Origin: Girardia tigrina
Taxonomy: Eukaryota
Direction of reading: 5' to 3'
Assembly: GCA_001938485.1 (NCBI GenBank)
Contig: MQRK01248235.1
Coordinates: 69,287 to 121,398, forward strand
Length of the DNA: 52,112 bases
The notes below the pieces were generated by a model. That model was not told where the DNA came from. It saw only the letters and a program-made list of their open reading frames with translations, and searched no databases. Each line of letters starts with the position of its first letter. Position 1 is the stretch's first letter. Positions 11,244-25,566 of this stretch are shown here, one piece after another. A program made the position numbers and the translations under genes.

Positions 11244-11839
11244 TTCTTGATAAAATTTTATATAAGTAAAAATTTAAAATATTTCTTTTTGTAAAATTAA
11301 TTTCAAATAAAATAATATTTAGTTTAACAAAACTTGGAATTAAAAATTATAAATGTTTGTTTTACTTCATCAAATTTATAAATATTTTAGTCTTTGTTTT
11401 ATCTCATCAATTTTCAAGGCTGATGAAAACTGCTATATAAACAGCAGCAAATTTAGTTTTAGTTTACCCAAAAATATCTACAAGAAATTTACTAAAAGAA
11501 GAAGTCTCTGTAACAAGTAACGTAATACAAAATTTATTTTATTTTTATTTTATTCTTTTAAAATATTGGTAAACCATAAGTATCCTGTATGGGAGAAAAA
11601 GGTTTATTCTAAAAAGTACAATATCATTCGTTTTAGGAGATTCACAGTTTTTACTGTAATCTATTAACTCGTACGAAATATTGTTTTGTGTTTGTGTTCT
11701 GTCATCAAGAATTGAATTATTATTATTATTATTTTTGACTTGTCAATATTTGTTATTCAAAATAAAGTTTCATAAAAGAATTTGTGTTCATTATTCATAT
11801 ATTTATGTTGGAAGTCCCTTCTGATTAATTGGAGTCAGA

Positions 11840-13540
11840 TCAAAGATTAAAGATTATTGATTAAAGAATAAAGAATAGAGATTTAAGATTAAAGATAAAG
11901 ATTTAAGATTTGTGTTTTAAAAGTGAATATTTAAATTAAAAATAATTTAATACCCAATATCTTAAAGAATCACACCATCTCGGTGATACAACCATTGTGC
12001 TGCCAATTATTTTACATCTGATACTGAGCAGCCAATGAAAACTTTCCGTATCAACATTTGTGGGATCTTTATGTTTGTGAGGATATCGGTACTCCTGTTC
12101 GACCAGGTTCCTAGAATCCCAACTTGGAGATCCCAAATGCCGTTGCCTCAGGCATAGCCCGACAGCACGTCACCGCCAAGTTCTTGTAGTGATCGAGATT
12201 CCTGACATTATTATTTTATATATTCTTTTTTATGTCATAAGGACACTTTTTGTCTATTAAATACAAGTGCTTACTATTTTGGTACATACACTTGTAGATA
12301 AACCCAGTCTCTCGAAGGTGCAAATTGACTCTACATTTATGTGAATTGTGCAATCAAGATACTGATTGATTTGTTCTCCTATACACTTGAAGATCGAGTC
12401 ATATCTTTATTTCCAGAAGCCCTCACCAAACGGACACCCGTTCAACACGTGGACAATTGCTTTCTTATTGTTGCGACACTACGACGGTGACCCCTGTTTT
12501 TCGTACTGCCTTGGCGGTAATTGACAGGAACTGTGTAAATCATCGCATTGTGATAGAAATACTACTCACTGTAGTTCAACATCCCCCTCATAAACAGCGC
12601 AATGGAAGCTAATTGCAGAAATTAGACTTCTCGCAAAGGGACCGGCACGGCTTTGTTTTGCCATCCAGATTCCCATATGGAATGTAAAAGACTCTAAAGG
12701 CGAAGATGTGTATGAAATGCAAATAGATCATATAAGTTTGCAGTTTCTACCACGGAAACAATACAGATTTTGCAATTTGTCTCGTTTCTTATGTAACTAC
12801 TGCACGCTTTTCTACTGGAGCCACCCTGATGTTCTCCAAGAAGAAACCCCCAAATAAACTAAAAAGTCCCTCTCCTCTATCTCTGGTATCGTGCTTCCAT
12901 ATATTTGAATCCTATTGTTTTCTCTATATAGAATAAAAATCTACGTACACTTTAATTGGCGGAATTTAATACCCAAGATGTTGGTGAGATTTACTGCTCT
13001 ATCTACAATTGCCTGCATCCTGTATTGATTATGAGCCAGCAGAACCAAGTCATCTGCATGTGCCAATCAAATAAAAAGATGATTCACTGTTATAAGACCG
13101 TCACTAGATGGTCTATCCAAGTCCATTAGAACCGGATTTGTGGCGATATTAAACTGCAACATGGAGAGAGAACAACCTTGTTTCACTCCCACCAAGATGG
13201 GGATCTGCCCCGTCACCGCGTTGTCGCACTTGTAAGCAGATGAACAGTCCTTTTATAGCTGTCTTATCTGGTTGCAGGAATCCTCTCCTACACCCATTCG
13301 TCTCAACAATTTCAGGATAATCTTCACTAAAACTGAACCAAGTGCATCAGCATTGTCCAGCATAGTGGCATGAAACTGTACTCCATCTATCTGCCAGAAG
13401 TACTTGTCCAGAATCGCCCTAATCAGAAAGTTGTGCTCAGCACAACTATCATGCGGTCTAGACTCTTCTGCATTGGGTGTAGGATTTCGTGGAACTCGAT
13501 ACACTCATTTAACTGGTCCCTCAATCTCGTTACCATAATC
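11840..13540 (-). mobile_element. Decayed RLE-type non-LTR retrotransposon (R2/NeSL/R4-like): RT, CCHC knuckle, endonuclease region
   Basis: SCAEHNFL, LDNADALGSV, GVKQGCSLSMLQFNI, LAHADDLVL, CRRCRNNKKAIVHVLNGC and LGSPSW; many stops. An AATCTT-like tandem tract at ~11845-11910 may be the 3' tail. Confidence 0.8.
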
Positions 13541-14161
13541 TTAAAATCTTACATAATAAAATATAAATACAATTAATAAAAACCGTTATGTTACTTTTTA
13601 AAAAATTACATTTTAATCCATTTTAAAATTGTTTAGCATAAATATTGAAAAATAATTGATCAGAATGGCTTCATAAAATTATTTTCAACATAAAATGGGC
13701 GCCAAAAAACACTGACCGAAATAAATGGGGCCTAACCTACGTGACTGAAATAAGTCAGTGTCAGAAAATACTTATCCCAAAAAATCGTCGTCAAATAGCA
13801 TTGTATCACATTAAGAAATTAAATTATTGTCAACGAGTGACTATGCTAAGCGTTCAAAATTATTTCCAAAATTTACTGGCTCTACTATTTTAACAACAGT
13901 ACTTAATATATGTTTTCGAAACCAAGACGTGTTCCCATCAGTTATGAATAGTGGAAGCTGAACTACAATTCGTGCATGACCAAAAAATCAAACAACATCA
14001 TTCAGTTGAATTGTTGGTACATTCTTATCATCAATACTCTTAAATAAATGACTAACGTGTTTTCGAAAAAATGTTTAAAAATTTTGAATTATCCCACTTA
14101 TATAATGCAGTTTTCCATTCTTTTTATTAGCTTACTTTCTATACATATATAAATATATATA

Positions 14162-14345
14162 CAGTCGACTTCAGATAACTCGATAATCCGGTTTACACGA
14201 TATATTGTGGTTGTCCCGGCTGAGAGTGCTTACATTTACTTTGCGGTAACACTGTATAACTCGATATCGGATTAATCTATAAACCCCTTTACTCGATACA
14301 ATCTATGATTCTCTACCGTATAAATATTCGCATAACTCTATATTC
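14162..14345. mobile_element. One end of a pogo/Tigger-like element or MITE
   Basis: TA-CAGTCGAC terminus followed by repeated ATAACTCGATA subterminal motifs; the partner end was not found. Confidence 0.45.
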
Positions 14346-15418
14346 AAAATAATATAGCAAAAACTGGGTCAGTGGAGAAATATAATTTTATTAAATGTTA
14401 ATATAATTTTATTAAATGTTAAAAAATACATGTAATATTTAATTAATGTAATATATTGTGAAATTAAAAAAAATTACAATTTGTTTAAGTGTTTCTCTCT
14501 GGGTTGTTTCTATCTGAGGACTGTTGATTTAGTGATGAAAGCTGACTGTGAGTATTGTCTAATTGCTGGTGCTGTGAGTTTTTTTGTGATGGAAGAATGG
14601 TATAAATTCGTCTGAATTTGTACATTCTACCAGAACTTGTATTATCAAATATATTTTTAAAGAAAGAAAAAAAACGAATTTGTCTTAGGTGATATTTAGT
14701 TATTATAGTTGAGGGAGGTTTGGAGATGTCCTCATAGTTGCCGATCCGTCGATGGGTAACTGCAGGTGCTTTTAGTGCCTGCCAAGACTATTGACGGTCT
14801 GTTTGTTAAAAGAAGTTATTGATATTTTTTTAATTGAGGTTTTGTATTTACCTCCATCAACTATTTATTTCTTTTTTGTTTTATTTACCTCACTAAATCC
14901 ATTTCTCATCCTCATTTAGATAATGAATCAATCAATTTATGAAAAAGAAGATCAACATAGAGGGTTGCTTCGTGAGCTTCGGAAAAGGAGGGAAGAAATT
15001 GATAAAGTTACTAAGGATTTGTATGAAAAAACAACTGAACTTGAGGATTATAGAAGAATTTCAGTTCCTTGTCAGTGCATAAACCGATAATTGACAAGTA
15101 TATGCTTGCGCAACAAAAAATAAAGGCCTTACAGGTTGAAATTACCGAGTTGAGGATTCAACAAAATATGTCGGAATACCAAAAAAGATCATAAAGAAAA
15201 TCTCCCAGAAGATCCCGCAATGATCTTGGAAACTGTTTCTAGAATTGCATCAAAGGAACCCATGGATGCAGGAAGTGGAAACCTCGGGTCATCTTCAACG
15301 CTTCATGCATCTATCACTAAGGAAGATATGATTGCATCAATGACCGGCAAAATGAGCCAAACACAGAAAAAATGAGAAAATATTCTCACAATAACTCAAT
15401 AATTCTCGTTTCATTGAT

Positions 15419-15987
15419 TTAGTCTATTTTTGGTGTCGCAATCATGTTGATAGATAAAAGAGCGACATCGATCGGAAAAATCAGATTCTTTATCAAATTT
15501 CGAATAACATCGAGAGATTGTTGATTTGCGGATTTATTCGGTTTCAAATTGATGTGACAATCGTGAATCATATTTTTAATCACAGCCGGTGGAAAGCATA
15601 GTTTTGTACTCGGATTCAACGTTTTACTAGTCAAAATTTTTGCGACATCTTTAATTAAATTATCCACCACAAATTGTCTCTTTTTCTCCGTCAATCCGAG
15701 CTCTCCTTTCTCCACTATAATTTTATAGATCTCCAAAAATATTCGTCGTTTGAAAAGCGCCTTTCTAATTGTCTTTGCTCGCGATTTCCGCTTTCGACAC
15801 ATTCGTGTAAATACGTTTGTTTTGCACAGTTTGGATTTGAAATTCAAGTTTTTTGTCGCCAAGCGATCACTTTATTCGGCAAATACGCTATTTTAAATTG
15901 ACGACGTTTTCTTTCGGTTTTTACGATTATTTTCACGTCGAAAACATTTGTCAATCGCTTTTGATTTGTCAGAGAAAATGATACCAT
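15419..15987 (-). pseudogene. SBDS: SBDS/Sdo1 ribosome maturation factor pseudogene (intronless)
   Basis: MVSFSLTNQKRLTNV...FKIAYLPNKVIAWR, IYTNVSKAEIASK and EIYKIIVEKGEL...LNPSTK...CHINLKPNKSANQQSLDVI match SBDS. At least two frameshifts plus an in-frame TAG; the C-terminal domain is missing. Confidence 0.88.
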
Positions 15988-16307
15988 GAGAAAACGCTAA
16001 TTTTAATTACTAATTATATTCCAAAACCGTAAACGCGAAATTCTTTTATTCAAACTTTTATAATTTACCATCATATTATTTAAACAAATCATTAATTAAT
16101 TTTTTCCAGAAATTCACATAATTACAATTTAAAACTTTTTAACAAAAAAAATACAATAAATTTTATAAATATATATATATATAGATTTTTTTCTTTTAAT
16201 ACTTTTAATAAAAAAATTATATATNNNNNNNNNNNNNNNNNNNNNNNNNNNNNNNNNNNNNNNNNNNNNNNNNNCTTTTAATACTTTTAATAAAAAAATT
16301 ATATATT

Positions 16308-16359
<52 letters not shown>

Positions 16360-16516
16360 GATCAATTCGTAGCACTATTTAAACTTCTAAAGCCGATTTA
16401 TACTAAAAAAATAACAAAAATGAAAACACGAAATAATTTTATTCAACACAATTTGTCAAACAAAACATTTGTAAATATAAATAAATCTAATTCATAAAAC
16501 ATCAACACTCGACCAT

Positions 16517-19500
16517 TCATATCCTCAGATAATCATCCGACAACTCCTCTAAATGGTGTTCCTCGACCCACTCGATATCCTAAATTCTTGTAAATAAATG
16601 AAAATATTTGAATTGGTTTACATTCATTGAATATTCAGAACTCCAAGAATCACTAGGACTTGAACTCAGAGAATCTTCAGACATCTCTTGTTTATTAACG
16701 ATTTTCATGTATTCTTCATTCTGAAACGCGATTTCAAAAGAAATCTCAATTGATTAGACTAATAATAATACTGTTATCCATTCGATTTCAGTTTCATATT
16801 CAGTTTCAGAATCACTTATAATCTGCTGAGACTGCAATACTAAACTCTTGTCCATATATTCTATTGAATATTCGGATGATGAGGAGGAGTCTGATAAAGG
16901 GGATCTGAAGACATAAAATCAAGAAATGCAAAATATTAAATAATAAAAAAAGGTAACACTTCTGTGATATCACAGCCAAGTTCAGTCAACCTTATTTTTT
17001 ATTATATATAAACTCATAAATTTTTAGACGTTTTGAAATCTAAAACTGCAAAATATTTAAACACAATTTATAGAAATTTTATATTTTTTACAATTCAGGA
17101 AGTTGTGAATATTTAAAATTCAGATTTAATCTCATAAAAAACAAAGTATATATAAAGCTATTTTAAAACTGAATATAAAAAAATCGTGAAATACTTTGAT
17201 ATTTACTTATTTATCAATCTTTCTATTTACCTTTCAAAATAAACCCCATCAAATAACCGTTTTAAACATATTTTGAGGTCACTCAAACTCCTACAGCGAT
17301 TCGGTTTTTAAAATATTCAACATTAAGTCTGCTTTAATTTTTGAATTTCGGATTATTTTCAAAATGATATGGATTATTAAGTCGGAGGAACAATGATTAT
17401 CAATGGTAATTTGAATCTAAATGATTCTGAATAATAGCCACCATTTCAAACACATTTTTAGTCGCATTATGAGAGATTGTATTATGAATAATTTTTGACC
17501 CGTAATGCAGAATTATAGCAACTCAGTTCGCAAGTGACAACTTTTACTATGATTTTGACCAATCTGTGTAATTTTTCTTTGTTATTCTGCTTTTTATCTT
17601 ATTATCTAAAAAAAACATAATTTATGTCTATTTTAGAATGATGAGGAAATCTGTTCATCGTGAATCAACCATTGCACTCTACAAGAAGTGTGTAGCGGCG
17701 AACAAAATTATTAATCGATTATGAGTCAATAAAACAGTCGTTTCTCGAACAATGCAAAGGCATACTGAACTTGGAACAAGTGAAGATCGAAAAGGAAGGG
17801 ACATCAATCGTCAGTTAGAACAAAGAAGGCAATCAAGAAAAAATGAACCAAATTTCAACAATAATTTGAAATTTTTTGAATAGATGTGTTAAAGCACTTT
17901 TTTAAAAATTAAGCGTTGGACATGTTTCGATCATAGTTTCTGACCATCTTTAGTAACTTTATTTGTGTTGTATTGATTTTAAAAATTAAAATCCGTTTAA
18001 AAGTATATATGGTAATAAAAAATTTTAAATTAATATTAAAGTTTAATTTTATTGGTTAATATATATATTTATTTTATTTTTTTATTTATTTTTTTAATAA
18101 ACATTAATTTAATTTATTTTAAAGATATTTAATATTTAGGCTGCTTTACTTTTCCAATTTTGGATATTGAGCAATGGGTTATAGTGTCTTCTTAGCAATG
18201 ATTCATAATACAACCTCTAATAATGTGAATCAAAATTCTTCTGAAGAATAGAAAATTCATCTTTAGAAATAGATGAAGTTCTTTCTTTGCAACATCTGCA
18301 GTGATCAAGAACCTTACTCGTTTTACTTGACTGAGTGTTCACTAATCCGTGTTTCGAGATGATGATTTGTCTCTCCAATGTACGAGTTTTTATATCCGTG
18401 ACAGTTAAATCACAAGTTAAAACACAAGATTAGCTTTCACTAAACTGAAAATTTAGTTGAACGATTAAGACACTCAAAACAAAATTTATTAAACATGGCT
18501 GATTGGGCAACGAGTATTGCCTTGCAAAAGAATGCCATTACGACAGTCTTAATAGCTTGATTGTAACTGTCAAAATTCTGATAATAACGTTCCGCATTGA
18601 TAGTTTTTTCCGGTTAGTAACAAATTCTAATGAATTGGTCAAGTTCTGTCCCAAAAGATCACTACCATTGCTTTCAGCGTAAATCGATTTGGATGTAGTC
18701 AAAAATCTTTAGCCAAGTCTTAACTTGCCAAATTCTGAATCTATTTCGTTTCTTCAATGATAGATTTTGCTTGGCCTTCCGGTTTTTGATTGATCATAAA
18801 AGTTAGTGTTGTGTTCAGTGAAATTGGTTAACCATCATCATTACACTATTCCTTTACTGAGACAACTTATCAATATTTCGTATTAATCATGTTTGCGGTG
18901 GCGATTTTAATATTATGATTGAATTCAAACAAATTGTGAATGAACCTGTTTTGATGGTTTCGACAGATACACTGTTGGTTTACTGATAAAATTTATTTAG
19001 CAACTACTTTGACAACTTACAGTGGCTTGCAGTTAACTGTAATTCATGCCAATATTTAATTGATTTTCACTTGATTTTGGTTATATTTTTCTGGATTATT
19101 AAATGTAAAATGAAAAAGTAAGATTTTTATTATACATTTATTATAATATATACAAAAATATTTACAAAAACCGTTTTTTCATTTAAAAAATCACCGTTAA
19201 TATCTTTTTTCAAGAAACAGGCATTGAAAAATTTCTTGACATGACATTTTGACTTGACATTTCTGTCTGTTTTCTTCTTTTGCGCTTCAGCTTCAAATCG
19301 GCCGATATATTCAAATCGCAGCTCTTTGACTCGGTCAGAATTCTTTTCTTGAACGGAGCCCTTGATTTTCTTTACCATAATTAATTTTCCCGTGAAGAAT
19401 CTTGAAATTGTAGATTCAGATACATTGATTTCTTTGGTGTCTTGCATGTATCTCTTCATTTCTGCCAATGTTGACTGAGGATTTTCTTCAACATAATCCA

Positions 19501-22500
19501 CGATAAATTGACCTACTTCATCGTTAATTATCGGCTTCCTATGCCCTCCATATTTTCATACTGAAATTTGGCCGGTTTTACCATATTTATAAATTATATT
19601 TTTGGCTGCAGATTTGGAAATGTCCAATTGCCTTGCCAAATTGAGAAAATCTTCTGATAGACGATAGGCTCTAATTAGCCTTTTTGTCAATCTTTGATAT
19701 CCGGCAATGAAATTATTAATTATATTTCAAATTTTCTAAAAATCATGTTTTTCGAGTCTTTTTTTCGCGACAAGGCTCCGTGCTTTGAGTGTCGTCAGAC
19801 ATACTGCTGAAATTTTTTAAAATAAATTATATTTATTAGTAGTATACCTTAATGCATTGTCAGTAGCACTGTTAATGTTGGAAAATTCGAAATTAAACAT
19901 ATTTTTTTAATTTTAAATTCTTACTCTTAAGTGACGATAAATCGAGTGTGTATCAGCCGTGTATCAGTTTGTGTATGCATGTATTGTATGTATGTATGGT
20001 GTGTATTAGGTTAAGAGATTTTTTTCTATATTTAACACTACTGTTAAGTGCAGATAGCTATTTTTATATTCTGCTTACAATTATTTTATGATTTTTTATT
20101 GGCTATATATTTTTAGATGGCCAATTTTTATATGGAATTCTGAAACGAAGTAGAGAATCATTACTCTTAACTGAAAGCAACTGTAAATTAACATCGACTG
20201 ATATCTTTTTTTATTTGTTCTAATAAATTAGTGTATTAACAAAAATTAGTTTAACATCTAATAAATATTTAAACATTCGAATATCGATTGTGTTAAAAAT
20301 AATAAAATCAAACTAACATTTCTTTTAACTGAGCATTGCGAGGACTGACAAAATCAATGGATTCAGAACTAGTGCTACTTTCGGGAGACCGTTTAATACT
20401 TTGTGAACTTTTGGACAATGATAAAGGTGACTATAACGTAAATAAATGAAATTATAAACCAAAAATAGTAATGTTCGAAATGTAATTTCATTATGTAAAA
20501 ATGTAAAATAATCAATTTTCAATATCCAAGAAACGTAATAAAATCTGTTACATAACTGAAGTGGAACGAGAAAAGCTCAATTGGGTTAAAGTCATTAATA
20601 CAACTGATAAAAGCTGCCTATGTTTAATGCTCATGAAAGTTGGGCAGAATCGAGTTTTACTAACACAACTTTTTAATTTTCAACTTTCTTTTACACTAGT
20701 GCTTCTACCCTCCTTGATTTTGGCCTGTTAGGTCTTTTGATAATTGAAAGTTTCATCTTTTTTGTCTGAATAGGTTTTAAATTAATGTTATGTATTCGTA
20801 ACCAGACTAACTACATTGTCCTTACAAGAGATTCGAAATAAGTATTCCATTATTTAATATTCGAATATATTTGCCTGTTTTTAACTATTTGATATTCGAA
20901 TACTTTTATTAAAAAAATATTTTTATGATGTCATCTGTGAACTGAATGGATATAATTTCAGAGCATGATGTTAGCGCACTCCAAAGTCTTGTTAAAAATG
21001 AATCAAATCTTATAACAGTTGAAGGAGTTTATAAATTTTTATTCGATAAATTGGAGCTTCTACAAACTGAGATAAGCCAAAAACTACTAGACGTTATTAA
21101 AAGTAGGATGGAAGAGAAAATAGATCCTATTTTAACGATACTTCTAATACACCCCGATTCAATTTTTTTGCAATTCACAAAATATCTAGTTTCTCAACAA
21201 TCTATATATAATGTTATATATCATTCGATAGGGAATTTAAAACTACATATTAAATATTCAACACATCTTTGTTTTAACGTATTACTTTAATTGTCTTTCC
21301 AATTTTGCATTTTTGAAAGTTGTAAATCGATTCAAAATTTTTGCATTAGTAATAAAAGTAAGCTGTTGTTTTTAATTTTAAAACTATATTAGTAATTTCA
21401 TTTTTTACAAATCATTAGATGACTTTATCATCTGAATTACGAAATTTAATTTATGAAAAATTAAGGGAGAACATGACCAAAGTCGACATTGCTAAGGCAT
21501 ATAATGTAAGTTTAAGAACCGTATATGGCATTCAAAGGCAAGGAGTAGAACCCAAACCTTCTGTTAAACGTTCGAAGAACGCTAGGAAATCAAAAGAAGT
21601 TGTTAGAAGGGCTGTTAATGCATTCAAAATGAAAAATNNNNNNNNNNNNNNNNNNNNNNNNNNNNNTAAAATTATTACACCTTTCTCTAAAAGTACTGTG
21701 AGACGAAACTTAATCTCACTAGGTTATAAATATGTTCCTAGTGTATGTTCCATAATTTTAAGTGATGCTCAAAAAAACAGCGCGTGAAAATGGCTAGAAG
21801 CTACATAACGCAGCGCATTGATTTTCATAAAGTAGTATTTACTGATGAATCTCGTTTTTCTTTGGACGGTAATGATAATTATCATACCTGGTCAAAAAAC
21901 TCACGACCTATTGNNNNNNNNNNNNNNNNNNNNNNNNNNNNNNNNNNNNNNNNNNNNNNNNNNNNNNNNNNNNNNNNNNNNNNNNNNNNNNNNNNNNNNN
22001 NNNNNNNNNNNNNNNNNNNNNNNNNNNNNNNNNNNNNNNNNNNNNNNNNNNNNNNNNNNNNNNNNNNNNNNNNNNNNNNNNNNNNNNNNNNNNNNNNNNN
22101 NNNNNNNNNNNNNNNNNNNNNNNNNNNNNNNNNNNNNNNNNNNNNNNNNNNNNNNNNNNNNNNNNNNNNNNNNNNNNNNNNNNNNNNNNNNNNNNNNNNN
22201 NNNNNNNNNNNNNNNNNNNNNNNNNNNNNNNNNNNNNNNNNNNNNNNNNNNNNNNNNNNNNNNNNNNNNNNNNNNNNNNNNNNNNNNNNNNNNNNNNNNN
22301 NNNNNNNNNNNNNNNNNNNNNNNNNNNNNNNNNNNNNNNNNNNNNNNNNNNNNNNNNNNNNNNNNNNNNNNNNNNNNNNNNNNNNNNNNNNNNNNNNNNN
22401 NNNNNNNNNNNNNNNNNNNNNNNNNNNNNNNNNNNNNNNNNNNNNNNNNNNNNNNNNNNNNNNGTGAATATAACGTCTAATAGACATTTAAATTAGCTAT

Positions 22501-24210
22501 TGAATGACATATAACATTCCATATATAGCGTGATGCAATTAGATAATTTATCAATTGCAAAAAAATTGAATCTGGGTATATATCTGGAGACTGGCAATAT
22601 ACCACGTTCGAACGGTAATTTTCAATATTCCTCAAAAAAATGCAGCCATTACTTTAGCTGTTGAAATTATGAAACATATATCCACAAACGTTTACAGAAA
22701 AGGAGCACAACAATAGTTCTAGTTCAAGCTCATCTAATGCTGATACCGATTTAGCAGAAATACCGTTGCAGGAAGGATTGCAAAACGAACTGGAATATGC
22801 GATTAGTTCTATAAAAGATTCGCCAACCTTTACAAAAAATAGCATTAGATTTGATCATTATACTGAATTGAAGAAAGATTTTCAACAATTGGATTCTTTC
22901 AAGAAACGAACGACAAGAGTGAGTGAACTTCAACAGTGAGTGAACGTGTCTTCTCAACAGCTGATGCAATAAAAACCAAAAAAACCAATTTACATTTTGA
23001 AACCTTAAATTCACTTATTTTTTTGAAAATATTATAAAAAATAAAATTGATTAATATGTACTTGCTTTTATTTTAAGAAATAGAATTATTATTGTTTTTG
23101 TTAATTTTAATACGTTTTTTATTTTCGATAAACTATTCGAATATTTTGAGATTTTGTTATTTGGTATTCGAATAGTTTAAAAGTTCAAATAGTTGGAATC
23201 TCTGGTCATTTCTTTGCTACATTTTTTTACTAAGTTTATATGGTCGGTCATCAATATTTGAGTTTTGATTAGGATCCAACATTAAAAATATGCTGAATTG
23301 ATTGATCAAATAAAATTAATCAATAATGGAAATGACACTAAAATTATGTGAGAGACTAAGTTGAATAACGACTTAATTTGTCTGTGTCGCGTGAAAGAGA
23401 ACCTGGTTCAATGACGTAGAGATATGTAACCACAAAGATTTTTTAACTATCAATGAATAATCACGGTTGAATGAAACTACGCGACTATATACATAGTTTT
23501 CAGATGATACATTCTATTACCCATGAAACTTTCATGAAACAATTCGCGTCGTATGAGCTTTCCATGTTGCGAGAATTGCACAATCTGTTGCTGTACCGTA
23601 TTAGTCTCATCCCATAGTTGAAAACTCTAATGTAATATTTTGTATCCATAATATAACTTTCTACGATATCGACTTCTGTATTTTGAAGCACATGAATCTG
23701 AGTACTAAAGGAACGTCTCCCTTGGCTCAGAAGCGACCGAAATAAATACTTTAGAATGATTTTTAATTTAAATAATTTATAACAGTTAAATGATACCATA
23801 AATCTTACATGTGGTAAACCATTTCCATGACATTCTCTAATTTGACTTTTTTCTTCAAATGTTCTGTTATTCTGTATTGGTATTTTACTATTAAACTCGT
23901 CCACATTTGCTTTCTGGACAACTGTATCACACGGCAAAGTATTCGGAATAGGGGATTTACTAGGAACTGAGTGTACAATTGATCTGGATCTTTTAGAATT
24001 ACATAAAACTAAAATAGAATTTGAATAAAAACCTTTGAAAATAAATAACGAATGAAAATATTGATAAAATTTTAAAATACATCATCTTAAGTATTTTTTA
24101 AGGATTTGATAATTAATTTCACTTGATTAATAAGTTTAAAATGAACATAATTAAAATATTTTGAGATTTATAGTAACTACAATATACTATACTTGAAAAT
24201 GTAAAAAATA

Positions 24211-24275
<65 letters not shown>

Positions 24276-25509
24276 TTGAATCATAAGTAACTTCCGTTTT
24301 TTTTCATACATTTATTTTTCAATTACATAAAAAAAATAAAAACTAATTTAAAATGTACTCTCCGTTATTTGTTATGATCTGTTCCAATCTTGTTCTCAAC
24401 TTATTGATTCCTTCCTCGTAAAACTTGGCCGGTTTGGAGTGCAAGAAGCCAAGGACAGCCTGGTCTGATTCAAATAATTTTCCATTTAAAAAATTCTGCA
24501 AGGAGCAGAAAAGATGATAATCTGTCGGAACAAGGTCCAGGGAGTGTGGTGGATGAAGTAAAACAGACCAGTCAAGTTCGAGAATTTTTTCTTGAATCAC
24601 TCTTTATGTATGTGATCTTGCATTATAGTGCAGCAGAATGACGTTTTTACGGTTGACGAGTGCAGGGGGCGTCTCCAAAAGTTTTTTGTGTACTCTTTGC
24701 AGTTGTTGAACATACACATCTGCAGTAACTGTTTTATTCCTGTTTAAGAACTCATAGTGAATGATCCCACCATACACACAACAAAATTTTCTTCCCATGA
24801 ATGTTCGCTTTAGGATCCGGTAGAGGTGGTTGGCCTTTATCAAGGCCCTGCTTTTTACGGACGATGTTCTCGTAATCATCACATGTGATAATATTCTTCA
24901 AAAAAGATTCATTTTTTCTCTTCAGAGAAGACATGTGACAATCGAAATCATATCCACTTTATTGTGTTCACTTAGATTATGGGGTTACTCATTGTCCCAG
25001 TTTGCTTACTTTCCCCAATTTCTCTAGGTGGCGGTAAACAGTTGATTGTTACGTATTAAGCTATTCTACAAACTCTCTCGTTGTTTGGCGTGGATTTTGT
25101 TCCAATATTGGCTTCAAAATATCGCCATCGAAGTCTGAAGGGCGACCCCTTTTGGTTCGCCTTTCAATGTCACATCTCCAGAACGGTATTTGACAAACCA
25201 ATTTTTTATTGCCCGATTGGTTATCACTCCCTCACCATACACACTGCATTTTTTGGGCCGTAGCAGCAGCACTATTGCCTTGTTTATCTTCCCAAAGCAT
25301 AACATGGTGTAAGTGTACTTTTTGATTCTCCATTTTAAAGGTGAAAACAATTCAAAGTGACGCACACAACGGTAGACAGCTGTCTAAAGACTAACTAAAG
25401 TCTTACCTGTGTAGCGAAAACAAAAATCCCGTGTTTCGGTAACCCGTTCTATGTGTAAACAATAACAATAGATACCGTGTACCTGGGTGGAAGTTATGTG
25501 TGACTCAAC

Positions 25510-25566
<57 letters not shown>

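Noticed and set aside
11415-11465. Possible hammerhead CTGATGA-AAA-CTGCT...AGCAG-CAAA
   Set aside because: No GAAA core and no stem I or III; the loop is a TATA-like sequence in an LTR-like segment.
21784-22487. Long ORFs in the track
   Set aside because: They run through N gaps.
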